Numbered from the stretch's first letter, positions 53,566 through 63,921 are shown. The stretch is DNA of 64,000 nt from Phycisphaerae bacterium (GCA_050115495.1 JASFQK010000033.1:17362-81361), one strand, 5' to 3'. Numbers and translations are program-made. The notes: generated by a model not told the origin, from the sequence alone.

Positions 53566-54708
53566 ATGCGAAGATTCGCCTTCTGTACACGGTGGCCGGC
53601 CCTGATCCTGCTGGCCGGTGTGCCGGGCTGGACGCTCGCCGCCACGCCGCCACCGCCAGCCTCCGCGCCTGCCACCCGGGCCACCACACAGCCGGCGGCC
53701 GACCTCGTCGCCGCGGCTGAGGGTCGTCTCGCCGCCGGTGAACCGCGCGCGGCCGTGGCCCTGCTGGCCCGCGCCGTCGCCGCCGCCCCGGATGAGCCAG
53801 ACTATGTATTGAAACTCTCCGCCGCCCAGCTTGCCGCCGGCCTGCCCGACGAGGCCGAGACCACGCTCAAGCGCGGCGTGCAGCGGTTTGCCCGGCATGT
53901 GCCGTTGTGGAGTGCGTGGGTGGACCTCGCCCTGAATCAGCAGCGTTGGACGACCACCTTGGCACGGGCCCAGGCAGCGCTCGCCACCGCCGGCCCATCG
54001 CCCGAGCTGCACTTTCGGCTGGCCCAGACGTACTTCCATCTCGGTCAGGTGCTCGGTGCCGTCGAGGTCCGCACGGTGGACGACGGCCGGCCGGGGCAAT
54101 TCGCCGGCCGCTGGCTGCTGCTCGAACGGCGCGGCCCGCACCAGTTCCTCTGCTGCCCGGAGGAGTCGGCGCTGAACCAGGTACGCCGGGCGCTCGATGG
54201 CGGTTTGTCGGCGCCGGCCGCGCACGTCCTGCATGCCCGGCTGTGGCAGGCGATGGGCAAGGCGCAGATCGGCTTCTCGCTGCTACGTAGCCGCGAGGCC
54301 GTCCTTCTCGCTGAGCCCGACGCTGCCACGCTCGAAGCATTGGCCGACCTCGCCCTCGAAGCCGACGCCCTCGACGACTACCTGCGCTATTGCCACCTGC
54401 TGGCGTCGGCAACACCTGAGCGACGTGCGGCCATCCTCGGCGAGGCCTATCTGGCGGTCGCGGATCGCTACGGTCAGCGTGGTGACGAGGCGCTGTACGA
54501 GAATTTCTGTTATCGGGCATTGGAGCTGCGGCCGGACGACACGGATCTGCTCTGGCAGGTGGCGCGGGCGTCGTGGGCCGCCGGCCGGCACGAGGAGGCG
54601 GCCCGGCTCTATCGTCGGCTGCTGGCTCTCCAGCCGGACCATCCGCAACGTCAGCAGATCCTGGAGCATCTGGCGTCGCTGCCGGACGTTGGCGAGCCGC
54701 CGCCGTAG
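53566..54708 (+). CDS. Secreted TPR-repeat protein
   Basis: Signal + ATTQPA linker; TPR helices (LHFRLAQTYFHLG, ALELRPDD, LLALQPDHP). Confidence 0.8.
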   Translation: MRRFAFCTRWPALILLAGVPGWTLAATPPPPASAPATRATTQPAADLVAAAEGRLAAGEPRAAVALLARAVAAAPDEPDYVLKLSAAQLAAGLPDEAETTLKRGVQRFARHVPLWSAWVDLALNQQRWTTTLARAQAALATAGPSPELHFRLAQTYFHLGQVLGAVEVRTVDDGRPGQFAGRWLLLERRGPHQFLCCPEESALNQVRRALDGGLSAPAAHVLHARLWQAMGKAQIGFSLLRSREAVLLAEPDAATLEALADLALEADALDDYLRYCHLLASATPERRAAILGEAYLAVADRYGQRGDEALYENFCYRALELRPDDTDLLWQVARASWAAGRHEEAARLYRRLLALQPDHPQRQQILEHLASLPDVGEPPP

Positions 54709-54867
54709 TCCGGGTCATTTCGCGTCGTTCCCACCCATCACGTCCGCAATCGCGATCTTCCGCTGAATACAAACGGGACCGCAATCGTCCAACCCCGTGC
54801 TCGGTGAGCGTGTCTGAACGGGTAAGACCGGGCCGGGCAAACGCGAAAACGAATCGGGAGACTCGCC

Positions 54868-55068
54868 ATGAAGACGATGCTGCTCAAGCGGGTGTGGATG
54901 CTCACGCTGCTGGCCGGGCTGTGCCTGCCGGCGACCGTGACCTGCGAGCCGGACTACGGCTACTACGACGGGTACTACTACGAGGACGAGTATTACTACG
55001 ACGACGACTACTACGAGGACGACGGCTGGGGCTATGGCTCGGACTGGTGGTTGGACTTCTGGTGGTAG
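54868..55068 (+). CDS. Small secreted Tyr/Asp/Trp-rich peptide (66 aa)
   Basis: GGGAG RBS; signal MKTMLLKRVWMLTLLAGLCLPATVTC; mature part EPDYGYYDGYYYEDEYYYDDDYYEDDGWGYGSDWWLDFWW. Confidence 0.7.
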   Translation: MKTMLLKRVWMLTLLAGLCLPATVTCEPDYGYYDGYYYEDEYYYDDDYYEDDGWGYGSDWWLDFWW

Positions 55069-55136
55069 GTCCGCCCGTACCCTCCCACGGCGACGGTCGA
55101 CGCGCGGCCAGCGCGGCTTGCCCGTAGAATGAGGGC

Positions 55137-56270
55137 ATGGACCTGAGGGAGCGACCGCTGACGCTGCGGGGCATGATCCTGCGCGACCTGGTCCGTCGCC
55201 CGATGCGCACGACACTGGCCGCGCTCGGTGTCGCGGTGGGCGTGGTGGCCATCGTCGCTCTGGCCACGATCGTCCACGGTCTGTGGGACGAGGTCGACGC
55301 CGGGCTGCATCTGGATGAGGGGGATCTCGTCGTATTCCGGGCCGATACGGCGGCCGACATTCTGAGCGTGCTGGACGAAGCCGAGACGCGAGCCAGGCTG
55401 ACCGCTTTGCCCGACGTCTCTGCCGTGACCGGTACCTTGTGGCACGTGCTACCGCTCGAGGGTCACGCCTTCTGTCTGATGCTGGGTATGCGCTTGGATG
55501 AGCAGGACGCCCGCGCCACGCGCCTGATCGCCGGCCGCCCGCCGCGGGCGGATGATGAGGTCGTGCTCGGCTCGATCGCCCGCAAGATGCTCGGCAAGGA
55601 CGTGGGCGACACGTTGCGCATCCGCGACGAAACCTACCACGTGGTCGGCGTCTTCCACGTGAACGTCGTCTTCTTCGACGGCGCCGTGGCGATGAGCCTG
55701 CCTCGCCTGCAGCGCCTCGCGGGCCGGGAGGGACGGGTCACCGCCTTCCAGGTGCGGTTGCGGCCCGGTGCGGACGTGACGGCTGTCGCCGAGCAGATCG
55801 AGCACACCTATCCGGAGTTGGTCGCCATTAGTAACGCCGGAGAGTACCACAAGGTCGACGCCGGGCTGGAAGTCGCCCGCGGCACGGTCTGGGCCGTGTC
55901 GTTCGTGGCCATGGTCATTGGGGCCATCATCATCGCCAACACCATGTGGATGACCGTGCTCGAACGCACCCGGGAGATCGGCGTTCTGCGGGCCGTGGGC
56001 TGGTCGCGCCGGCGGATCGTCGGCATGGTCGTCGGGGAGGCCGCCGGCGTCGGCCTGCTTGCCTGGCTGGTCGGCAGCGTGCTGGGCGTCGGCCTCGCCA
56101 GGTTGACCATGTGCCTGCCCGTCGCCCAGCAGTTCGTCAGGCCGAGCTTCAGCCCGGGGACGTTCGCCCGGGCCGCCGTCGTGGCCGTCGTGCTCAGCGT
56201 GATCGGGGCGCTGATCCCGGCCTGGCGGGCGGCGCGGATTTCGCCGGCGGAGGCCCTGCGCTATGAGTGA
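55137..56270 (+). CDS. MacB/LolE-family ABC permease
   Basis: RTTLAALGVAVGV, NTMWMTVLERTREIGVLRAVGW, PAWRAARISPAEALRYE. Confidence 0.92.
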   Translation: MDLRERPLTLRGMILRDLVRRPMRTTLAALGVAVGVVAIVALATIVHGLWDEVDAGLHLDEGDLVVFRADTAADILSVLDEAETRARLTALPDVSAVTGTLWHVLPLEGHAFCLMLGMRLDEQDARATRLIAGRPPRADDEVVLGSIARKMLGKDVGDTLRIRDETYHVVGVFHVNVVFFDGAVAMSLPRLQRLAGREGRVTAFQVRLRPGADVTAVAEQIEHTYPELVAISNAGEYHKVDAGLEVARGTVWAVSFVAMVIGAIIIANTMWMTVLERTREIGVLRAVGWSRRRIVGMVVGEAAGVGLLAWLVGSVLGVGLARLTMCLPVAQQFVRPSFSPGTFARAAVVAVVLSVIGALIPAWRAARISPAEALRYE

Positions 56271-56985
56271 GCCTGCCGCTGACCACACGCCGCTGATCCG
56301 CGCCCGTGGGCTCGTCAAGCACTACGAGAACGGGCGCGTCCGAGCGGTGCACGATGTGGGCCTCGACGTCGCCGCCGGTGAGTTCGTGACCATCTGCGGC
56401 CCTTCCGGTTGCGGCAAGACGACGCTGCTGAACCTGCTCGCCGGCATCGAGCCGCCGGACAGCGGCAGCCTCCACGTCGCCGGCCGTTCACTGGCCGACC
56501 TGACGTCGGCGGAGGCTGACGAATTCCGCCGCACGACCATCGGCCTCGTTTTCCAACTGCACAACCTGCTCCCGAACCTGACGGCTCTGGAGAACGTTCA
56601 GGTTCCGCTGCTGGCCGCCGGCCGCGTCACCCGCGCCGCTCAGCAGCGAGCGGCCGCCCTGTTGGATCGCGTGGGCGTGACGAATCGCCGGCACGCCCGG
56701 CCCGCGGTGCTCTCCGGCGGTGAGCGCCAGCGCGTGGCCATCGCCCGTGCCCTGGCCAACAACCCGCAACTGCTCCTGGCGGATGAGCCGACCGGAGCCC
56801 TCGATTCGGCCAACGGCGAGCGGTTGCTCGACTTGCTTGACGAATTGCAGCGGCAGGAACGGACGACGCTGATCATCGTCACGCACGACATGCACATCGC
56901 CCGGCGGGCCGACCGTGTCCTGTCCATGCTCGACGGCCGTCTGACCGCCGAGCCGTCGGTAGCGCCCTCCCGCGCCGCTGACTAG
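56263..56985 (+). CDS. LolD/MacB-family ABC ATP-binding protein
   Basis: GPSGCGKTT, LSGGERQRVAIARAL, LADEPTGALD; overlaps the permease stop. Confidence 0.93.
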   Translation: MSEPAADHTPLIRARGLVKHYENGRVRAVHDVGLDVAAGEFVTICGPSGCGKTTLLNLLAGIEPPDSGSLHVAGRSLADLTSAEADEFRRTTIGLVFQLHNLLPNLTALENVQVPLLAAGRVTRAAQQRAAALLDRVGVTNRRHARPAVLSGGERQRVAIARALANNPQLLLADEPTGALDSANGERLLDLLDELQRQERTTLIIVTHDMHIARRADRVLSMLDGRLTAEPSVAPSRAAD

Positions 56986-57027
56986 AAAAAGGAAGGGGCG
57001 ACGAGGGGGAGTTGAACCTCGTCGCCC
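56986..57027 (-). terminator. Intrinsic terminator (minus strand)
   Basis: GGGCGACGAGG-N10-CCTCGTCGCCC followed by CTTCCTTTTT. Confidence 0.7.
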
Positions 57028-57192
57028 GCAACGCAACACGGCAGTCAGGCTCGGGCGGCAAGCCGGGGCCGGTGGTGGCCGCGGCTCCCGAGTACCCGTT
57101 CCCCCTGTCTCGCCGCTAACCGTATCGGGAAAGCGCACCGCTCAGTTCATAGAGCGTCGGCTCTAATCCGCGCGCCGGCATCGGCAGGGGGA

Positions 57193-57849
57193 TCAGGGTT
57201 CGACGAGCCCTTCGCGGATGGCGTAACGAGTCAGAGCAACGCGGTCATGAATGTCGAGCTTGCCCATCAGACTGGCGCAGTGGCAGTTGACGGTGCGCTC
57301 GCTGAGGTGCATGACACCCGCGATTTCCTTCTTGGACATGCCGCGGGCCACGTATTGGAGCACCTGCACCTCGCGCTCGCTGAGCGTCGCGGAGCGCGGG
57401 CGCTGGTCCTGCTCCAGGCGGGCGCCCTGTTCGTCAATCACAATGCGCGAGCGCACCTCGGGCGAGTAGTATGCCGCCCCGCACGCGACGTCGTGGATGG
57501 CCTGGACCAGCGTCTCCGGCGGTTCGTTCTTCGTGATGTAGCCTGACGCGCCCACGGCCAGGGCCTGCTTGATGTAGCGGTCGTTGCAGAAGGCGCTGAG
57601 AAACACGACGCGCGTTTCCGGACACCGCCGGCGGATCAGCCGCGCGGCCTCGAAGCACGACAACCCCGGCATATCCACGTCCAGCAGCGCGACATCCACG
57701 CCCTTGTGCTGCGCGTGTGCGACCGCCTCCTCGGCCGAACCCACGTCCGCCGTGACCGTGAGATCGGCGTAGGTTTCGAGAGAGGCTCGCAACGTCCGCC
57801 GCACGAGCGCGTGATCATCGGCCAGCAATATCGAGATCCGGCTGGTCAT
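57193..57849 (-). CDS. NarL/LuxR-family response regulator
   Basis: ILLADDH, ALLDVDMPG, GYITK, LSEREVQVLQYVARGMSKKEIA. Confidence 0.95.
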   Translation of the reverse strand: MTSRISILLADDHALVRRTLRASLETYADLTVTADVGSAEEAVAHAQHKGVDVALLDVDMPGLSCFEAARLIRRRCPETRVVFLSAFCNDRYIKQALAVGASGYITKNEPPETLVQAIHDVACGAAYYSPEVRSRIVIDEQGARLEQDQRPRSATLSEREVQVLQYVARGMSKKEIAGVMHLSERTVNCHCASLMGKLDIHDRVALTRYAIREGLVEP

Positions 57850-59705
57850 GCCCGGGGCTCCGCCGTGTCGTCCGCCTCCAGTGCTTCGTGCACCACCCTG
57901 CCCAGCGTATCCATGTTGAACGGCTTGCACAACAAGATCGTATGTTCGTCGAGGCGATCCTCCAGTTCGCGGTCGGCCCGGCCGGTGATGAGGATGGCCG
58001 TTGTGTCCGCGCCGGCGGCGCGAATCGCCTGCAAACACTCCAGCCCATCGCGGCCTGGCAGGTCGGCGCCGACGATCAGCAGGCGGACTTGCGCCCGCGC
58101 CTGCTGCCACGCCGACAGCGTCTCGGGCCCGTTCGTCGCCGCGATCGTCCTGTAACCCAGCGATTGCAGCGACGACACGAGCAGTTCTCGGACGAGCTGG
58201 TGATGTTCGGCAACCACGATCAATTCGCCGTCGCCGGTCGGTACTGGCTGTGGTGGTTCCTCCGGCGCGACGGCTTCCTGCGGCGCCAGGCGCGGCAGGC
58301 GTACGGTGAACGTCGCGCCGCGGCCCGGCTCCGAGGCGATGTCGACCGTGCCGCCGTGATCCTCGACGATCCCGTGCACGATCGACAGCCCCAGGCCGGT
58401 GCCCTGTCCGCGCGGCTTCGTCGTGAAGAACGGGTCGAACAGACGCGGCAGCAGCTCCGGCGCGATGCCCGTGCCCGTATCCGCGACGCGCAGTCCGACC
58501 AGCGGCGTCGGCTCCGCCCCACCTTCGCCCGGCCGCTCCTCGCCGAACACGGAGAACGACAACCGCCCACCGCCCGGCATGGCGTCGCGGGCGTTGATCG
58601 CCAGATTCAGAATCACCTGCTGCAACTGCGTCGGGTCCGCGCTGGCCCAGAGCGGCGTGTTCGTCGGCGCGTCGACCCGCAGATCGATCGACGCCGGCAG
58701 GATGTGCCGCAGCAGCCGCCCCCCTTCCTGGACGGCCGCGCAGACGTCGACCGGACGCTTCTGCGCGGGCGCCCGGCCGGCGAACTTCAGCAGCGATTCG
58801 GTGAGTTCGCCGGCTTCGAGCGCCGCCCGCTCGATCGTGCCAAGCGACGTCGCCGCAGGATGATCGGCGTTCACCTGGGCCCGGGCGACGTTGACGTGTC
58901 CGAGCACGACCGTGGTCAGGTTGTTCACATCGTGCGCCACACCGGCGGCCAGTTGCCCGAGCGCTTCCAGCTTCTGCGTCTGGTGCAGCTCCTGCTGGAG
59001 CACAGCCTTCTCGGCCTCGCCGCGCAGCCGCTCGATGACGCGCCTCAGCCGCTCGGCGATGGCCTTCACGAGGCTGCGCTCTTCGGGCGGGAAGAGCTGT
59101 TCGTCACCGCCGGGCGGCGCCGCCACGTAGCAAACCTCGATGCGGCCGAGCGGCTGGGACGGCGCGCCGATCGGGCAGTCGAGCCGGCGTGTCGTGTCCG
59201 TGAAGTTGTCAGTCTGAAACACGTTGTCGCCGACGGTGATGCGGGCCGCGGCGATCTCCGGGTGCTGGAGCGGCGCCACCAGCAGCGCCGGCACTTCGCC
59301 CAGGATCTCATGCAGCGAAGTGCCCCGTTGCTCGACTAGCGTGGAGACGGCGTAGAGGCAGTTGAGCTCGGTGACGCGCTTGGCCAGCGTCTGGCCGCGC
59401 TCGCGCAGCTCCTGCTCCGTGCGACGCATCGTCAGCAGGAACGGGTGAAAGCAGGCCACGCCAATGGCCATGAACACCGACGACGCCAGGGCGTCCAGCT
59501 CGCCGACCGGATCCGCCGCATACGTGCCGTCCCCGCTCAACAGCCGGTACAGCACCAGGCTGCGCCGCAGCGCCATCAGCAGAGCTACGATCGTGATCAG
59601 CCCCCACGCCAGTGAACGCCCCGTCAGACGCAGGACGCGCAGCGCCAGCACCACTGCCACGTACTGAAACGCAGCTGCCGCGCCTACGACGAAAGTCACG
59701 AGCAT
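57846..59705 (-). CDS. Membrane-bound hybrid histidine kinase with degenerate receiver
   Basis: N-terminal TMs; H-box AGVAHDVNN; QVILNLAINARDAM; DTGTGI; PFFTTK; GTGLGL; receiver reads AEHH...LLIVGADLP. Confidence 0.92.
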   Translation of the reverse strand: MLVTFVVGAAAAFQYVAVVLALRVLRLTGRSLAWGLITIVALLMALRRSLVLYRLLSGDGTYAADPVGELDALASSVFMAIGVACFHPFLLTMRRTEQELRERGQTLAKRVTELNCLYAVSTLVEQRGTSLHEILGEVPALLVAPLQHPEIAAARITVGDNVFQTDNFTDTTRRLDCPIGAPSQPLGRIEVCYVAAPPGGDEQLFPPEERSLVKAIAERLRRVIERLRGEAEKAVLQQELHQTQKLEALGQLAAGVAHDVNNLTTVVLGHVNVARAQVNADHPAATSLGTIERAALEAGELTESLLKFAGRAPAQKRPVDVCAAVQEGGRLLRHILPASIDLRVDAPTNTPLWASADPTQLQQVILNLAINARDAMPGGGRLSFSVFGEERPGEGGAEPTPLVGLRVADTGTGIAPELLPRLFDPFFTTKPRGQGTGLGLSIVHGIVEDHGGTVDIASEPGRGATFTVRLPRLAPQEAVAPEEPPQPVPTGDGELIVVAEHHQLVRELLVSSLQSLGYRTIAATNGPETLSAWQQARAQVRLLIVGADLPGRDGLECLQAIRAAGADTTAILITGRADRELEDRLDEHTILLCKPFNMDTLGRVVHEALEADDTAEPRA

Positions 59706-59804
59706 CACATCTGTCCCATGACGAGCCGCCGGTCACCGGCCGGGCTTCGCCGATGCGCAGCCTATCCACCCTCGCCGCGCACGACAACGGCAGCAGCCGG
59801 CTGT

Positions 59805-62261
59805 CTACTCCGTCGACAGCCGGCAGGGCCGCCCGGCGCGATACAGCGCACAACGCGCTTCGAGGTTGGCGACCAGCGCTGCATCCGGCACGGCCGCCGC
59901 CCGCGCCCGCTCCAGTGCTCCGCCGGCGATTTCCGCTGCCTGTGCGAAGTCCCCCGTCTCGGCCAGCGCCGCCGCAAGCGCATCGAGGTATACCGGCGGG
60001 CAGGCCGCCACCTGCGGGCAGACATGCTGCGCCAGCCGCAACGCCTCCGCCCCGTCCCGCAGCGCATCGTCCGGCGACGCCGCCAGCAGCAGCGCCAGCC
60101 GCGCCATCAGACGATTCTTGTTGAGCGGCAGCGCCTGTCGTAGCAGACGAATCGCCTCGTCGTAGTGACCCGTTCGCAGGAGCGCATCCGACAGACAGTC
60201 GAGCGTCATCAGGTGGTTGGGCTGAAGCGCGACGACCCGCCGCAATGGTGCCAGCGCCTCGTCGTATCGCCCGACCACGTACAGCGACCGGCCCAGACCG
60301 TACAGCGCCTGCATATCGTCCGGCCGCTCCGCGAGCACGGCGCGAAACGGCTTGATCACCTGCCCGTACGCCGTCACGGCCTCGTCTTCGCGCCCGAGCT
60401 GCGCCAGCAGGACGGCCAGGTTCCACGCCGCTTTTCCGTTGGCGACGGTTGGGTTCAGCTCCAGTGCCGCCTGATATGCCGCCGCCGCCTCTACCGGCTG
60501 GTTGCTCTTGTCGAGCGCCAGGCCGAGGTCGTAATGAGCCGCGGCTACCGTTTCCATCGTTTCGCCGCGTGACAGGTTCGGCGTTGCCGTCGCCGCCGCC
60601 CGCAGGGCTGCCACCGCCTCCGGCAGCCGCCCTTCGCGCAGCAGCAGCACGCCCAGCCGATGCTGCGCCATCAGATAGCCCGGCTCCAGTTCCGCCGCCC
60701 GGCGGAAATGCTCGATCGCCTGCGCCTTGTCGCCCTGGCGATCGTACGCGTCCGCCACCATGACCTGGCTCAGCGGCTCGGACGTGTAACGCTGCGGTCC
60801 AATTGGCGAGTTTACGAACGCGACGGCAACAGCCAGCAACAGCAGCCAGCAGCCGGCAGCTTTCCACCGCCGCTCGCGCACGGTGGCGACGCTCTGGAAC
60901 GCGGCGTGCGTGCCGAGCAGGATCAGCACCGGCACGACCGGCATCCGGTAGCGCGACGTGCAGAAGAAGATCACGATGCTCACCATGTAGATGAGCACGA
61001 ACCCCCACAACGGGAACAGCTCGCCGCGCCGCCGCCAGCACAGGGCCAGCCCCACCAACCCGAGCGGCCCGACCACGCCGAAGCCGATCGGCAGATACCG
61101 CAGCAGCGGCGTGAACTCGGCGGTCCAGAAGTAGATATCCTTATTATTACTGATCTCCCACGATCGCCAGAACAGGAGCAGCTTCAGCCCCAGCAGGCGC
61201 AGGGCCTGCGCGGGCTGCTGGCGGATGAACTGCCACGCCTGCTCGTAGTAGTAGTCCGACACTTCGGAGGCCTTCAACGTCCGGCCGCGTGCCGCCTCGG
61301 CGCGGGCCACCGTCGCCCGGTAGCCGCCCCACCAGTCGGCGGGTGTGCCCGGCACCACGGCCGTCCGCCCGTCCGACGCCGGGTTGTTGCCAATGTAGAA
61401 GTTCACTCCGCCCTGGGCGGCGATGAGCACGAGGTCTTTGCCCACCACGTAGTTCCGCACCGTGATCGGCAGCACGACCAGCAGACAACCGGCGGTGATC
61501 GCCGCCGCGTGCAGCAACGCGCGCCGCCAGGCGCCACGCTGGCGCAGCAGGAGCCAGATCACGATCGCCGGCGCGAAGAGTAGTACGTTCGGGCGGGCGA
61601 TCGCCGACAGACCCAGCACCACACCCGCGGCGCCGAACCGCAGCGCCGTCGGCGACTGCTCCGCCCGCAGCAGCAGCCAGATCAGCAGCAGGTCCAGCGG
61701 TACGATCAGCGTCGGGATCAGCAATTCGCCGTCGAAGTAGACGAGCATCCAGTAGCCGGCGGCGACCAGACCGGCGACCGCCCCCACCGCACGTCCGAAA
61801 ACCTGCCGCCCGATGAGGAACACCAGTCCGCAGCCGAGGGCGCCGAGCAGGGCCTGCACGATGCGTGGGGCGAGGTACTCGTGTCCGCACACGCGGTACA
61901 CCGCCGCCAGAAACGCCGGATAGAGCGGTGCTCGGAAGTACGGCCCCTCCTGGTACAGCTTGCCGGCGGCGATGCTCTGGGCCCACTCGTCGTGGTAGAG
62001 CTCGTCCATAGCGGGGTGCTCGAACTGCGGGCTGCTGCGTAGTTGCAGCACGTACGCCACCCGCAACCCGAACGCCAACACGACGATCCCGGCGAAGATC
62101 GCCACGGTCCCCCACCACCCGCCGCGGCACGTCCCAGGGCGGCCATCCCGCGCGCTGCTGCCCGTGCCCGTCGCCGTCCCGTGGCTCGCGCCGGCCTCAT
62201 GCGCGCCGGCGTAGTCCGCCGCCTCGCGCCGCTCATCACGTCGTCTGCTCTTCCGTCGCAT
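59805..62261 (-). CDS. GT-C fold (PMT/ArnT-like) glycosyltransferase + C-terminal TPRs
   Basis: MDELYHDEWA, RAPLYPAFLA, multiple TMs, ARPN, NFYIGNNP, RYRMPVVP; TPRs ending YLDALAAALAETGDF. Confidence 0.85.
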   Translation of the reverse strand: MRRKSRRRDERREAADYAGAHEAGASHGTATGTGSSARDGRPGTCRGGWWGTVAIFAGIVVLAFGLRVAYVLQLRSSPQFEHPAMDELYHDEWAQSIAAGKLYQEGPYFRAPLYPAFLAAVYRVCGHEYLAPRIVQALLGALGCGLVFLIGRQVFGRAVGAVAGLVAAGYWMLVYFDGELLIPTLIVPLDLLLIWLLLRAEQSPTALRFGAAGVVLGLSAIARPNVLLFAPAIVIWLLLRQRGAWRRALLHAAAITAGCLLVVLPITVRNYVVGKDLVLIAAQGGVNFYIGNNPASDGRTAVVPGTPADWWGGYRATVARAEAARGRTLKASEVSDYYYEQAWQFIRQQPAQALRLLGLKLLLFWRSWEISNNKDIYFWTAEFTPLLRYLPIGFGVVGPLGLVGLALCWRRRGELFPLWGFVLIYMVSIVIFFCTSRYRMPVVPVLILLGTHAAFQSVATVRERRWKAAGCWLLLLAVAVAFVNSPIGPQRYTSEPLSQVMVADAYDRQGDKAQAIEHFRRAAELEPGYLMAQHRLGVLLLREGRLPEAVAALRAAATATPNLSRGETMETVAAAHYDLGLALDKSNQPVEAAAAYQAALELNPTVANGKAAWNLAVLLAQLGREDEAVTAYGQVIKPFRAVLAERPDDMQALYGLGRSLYVVGRYDEALAPLRRVVALQPNHLMTLDCLSDALLRTGHYDEAIRLLRQALPLNKNRLMARLALLLAASPDDALRDGAEALRLAQHVCPQVAACPPVYLDALAAALAETGDFAQAAEIAGGALERARAAAVPDAALVANLEARCALYRAGRPCRLSTE

Positions 62262-62773
62262 GCGGGCATCGTAGGGACGCGACCACAGCGCAGCAACGCG
62301 CCCCGTAGCGTCCGGGCTCCGTATCGGACGTCTTTCGTAGCGCCGGCCCCCCGTGGCCGACGTCGAACATCAGGCCGCCGCAAACCGCGAGCAACGCCAC
62401 AGTGTGCCACGGCTCTTAAGTAGTGCAGTTGCCATGCGCGGCAGACTCGCGAACCTGCCGACAGACTCCCGCACGCCGTCACCGCCCCGTAGCGGTCGAC
62501 CTCCGTGTCGGCCGTCGATGACCGAAGCACGGCTGCGCGCGCGTTGACGCCTCAGGCAGGAGACGGTATCCAATGGATGTGGTGCGATGGCAATACAGGA
62601 TCAACGCAACCGGTTCTAGCATGGCACTACTCGGCAGGCAGTTGCGCCAGCGCGGCTCCCGCGTCGGGCACGTCGATCAGCAGGACGACTGCGCTTTCGT
62701 CGTGGAGGGAGTCACCCCAGCCAGGGAGGGAGCGCGACAAGCCTGCGGTGCCAGGAGCAACGGGAGGTAGTCG

Positions 62774-63430
62774 ATGTCGATTCCTGTGCAGTGTGTTTGC
62801 GGTGAGAGACTCCGCGCCAAGGACGATCAAGCCGGTCGGACCTTTCGATGTCCGCAATGTGGTCTGCCGGTGGCGGTTCCTGCGCGTACAACGGGGTCCG
62901 ACGTGTTGCCGGAACCGACGACCCCGCCGGAAGTCCCGAGCACGGCCTCGCCAGTCTCTCCTGCCAGACAGAGTCACGCGAGGTTCCCCTTGTTCCTTTC
63001 CATCGTCGCCTTGGCCTGCTCGGTCGCGTCTCTGACTTGGGCTGTCCTTCATGATCCGTTGGGTCGTGGTATGTCCGCGTATGATTTCACTACTCCGGAG
63101 AACGCACTGCGATCTGGACTCGAATGCTCCATCAATGGCGACATCCGTGCCGGTATTGAACTCCAGCAGACTGTGTCGATGAAGAGAGACGCCGAGCAGC
63201 TCAGAACACTGAAGATACACAAGGAGGCCAATTACAGGGGTACGAAAATTCTGTTCATCAGCTACGAGCAGGACGGTATTCCGCGGCATGGGATCAGCAG
63301 CTATGAGAAGGACGCGGACAGCGGTCTCTGGTTTGAAACGTACTTGTCAGAATACTCGATAGACGACGACGCCCTCGAGCAAGTGATCAAAGAGTGGAAG
63401 AAGCAGGCCCCTGGCGGCACGCAGCCGTGA
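62774..63430 (+). CDS. Zinc-ribbon + TM hypothetical protein
   Basis: GGGAGG RBS; CVCG...CPQCG; TM FPLFLSIVALACSVASLTWAVL; weaker GC3 bias than neighbours. Confidence 0.75.
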   Translation: MSIPVQCVCGERLRAKDDQAGRTFRCPQCGLPVAVPARTTGSDVLPEPTTPPEVPSTASPVSPARQSHARFPLFLSIVALACSVASLTWAVLHDPLGRGMSAYDFTTPENALRSGLECSINGDIRAGIELQQTVSMKRDAEQLRTLKIHKEANYRGTKILFISYEQDGIPRHGISSYEKDADSGLWFETYLSEYSIDDDALEQVIKEWKKQAPGGTQP

Positions 63431-63657
63431 AGTGTCCGCTGTTCAAGGTTTCTGGCGCTCCGCCCGGCATCGATTCTGGTCAATTGGAGGCGCGGCGTCT
63501 GTTCGCGCGTGGCCCCTGCCCAGCCACGGTCGACGCGAAGGTCGACCACGAACTGTCGGCCACCGGTGTCTCACCGCCCGCGCAATTCGTGGCGGTGACG
63601 GCGCGGCTGTACACAGCCATGTGTTTGCACGCACGGCGATGATGGGAGTTATGCCCT

Positions 63658-63921
63658 ATGTTCGAACATTTCAACAGCCCCTTCGTGGCAGGGTCTGAGT
63701 CGAAATCCAACGCCTGCATTGCCGCGTACCGGGGTTTCCAAGAGCTGGCCGACGACTTGCGGCGCTCAGCAGACACGTTGGTTGTGCAGGCGATGCGCGA
63801 TAGTACTATGCTGGATGTGCATATCTACGCCATATGCTTTCTGTATCGCCACTCCTTCGAGTTACTGCTGAAAGACTTGTCCTGGAGGAGCTATAACCGA
63901 ATTTCGTTGATGGCGGGATGA
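63658..63921 (+). pseudogene. Truncated hypothetical gene (FLYRHxxELxLK family), probably interrupted near 63890
   Basis: The motif ICFLYRHSFELLLK is followed within about 15 codons by a stop lying inside IS-like sequence. Confidence 0.4.

Noticed and set aside
56996..57027. GGTTCAACTCC resembling a tRNA(Sec)/tmRNA T-loop
   Set aside because: No cloverleaf, UCA anticodon arm or CCA end; better explained as part of a terminator hairpin.
62262..62773. Short ORFs or a tRNA integration site in this gap
   Set aside because: No tRNA fold recognised and no convincing coding signal.
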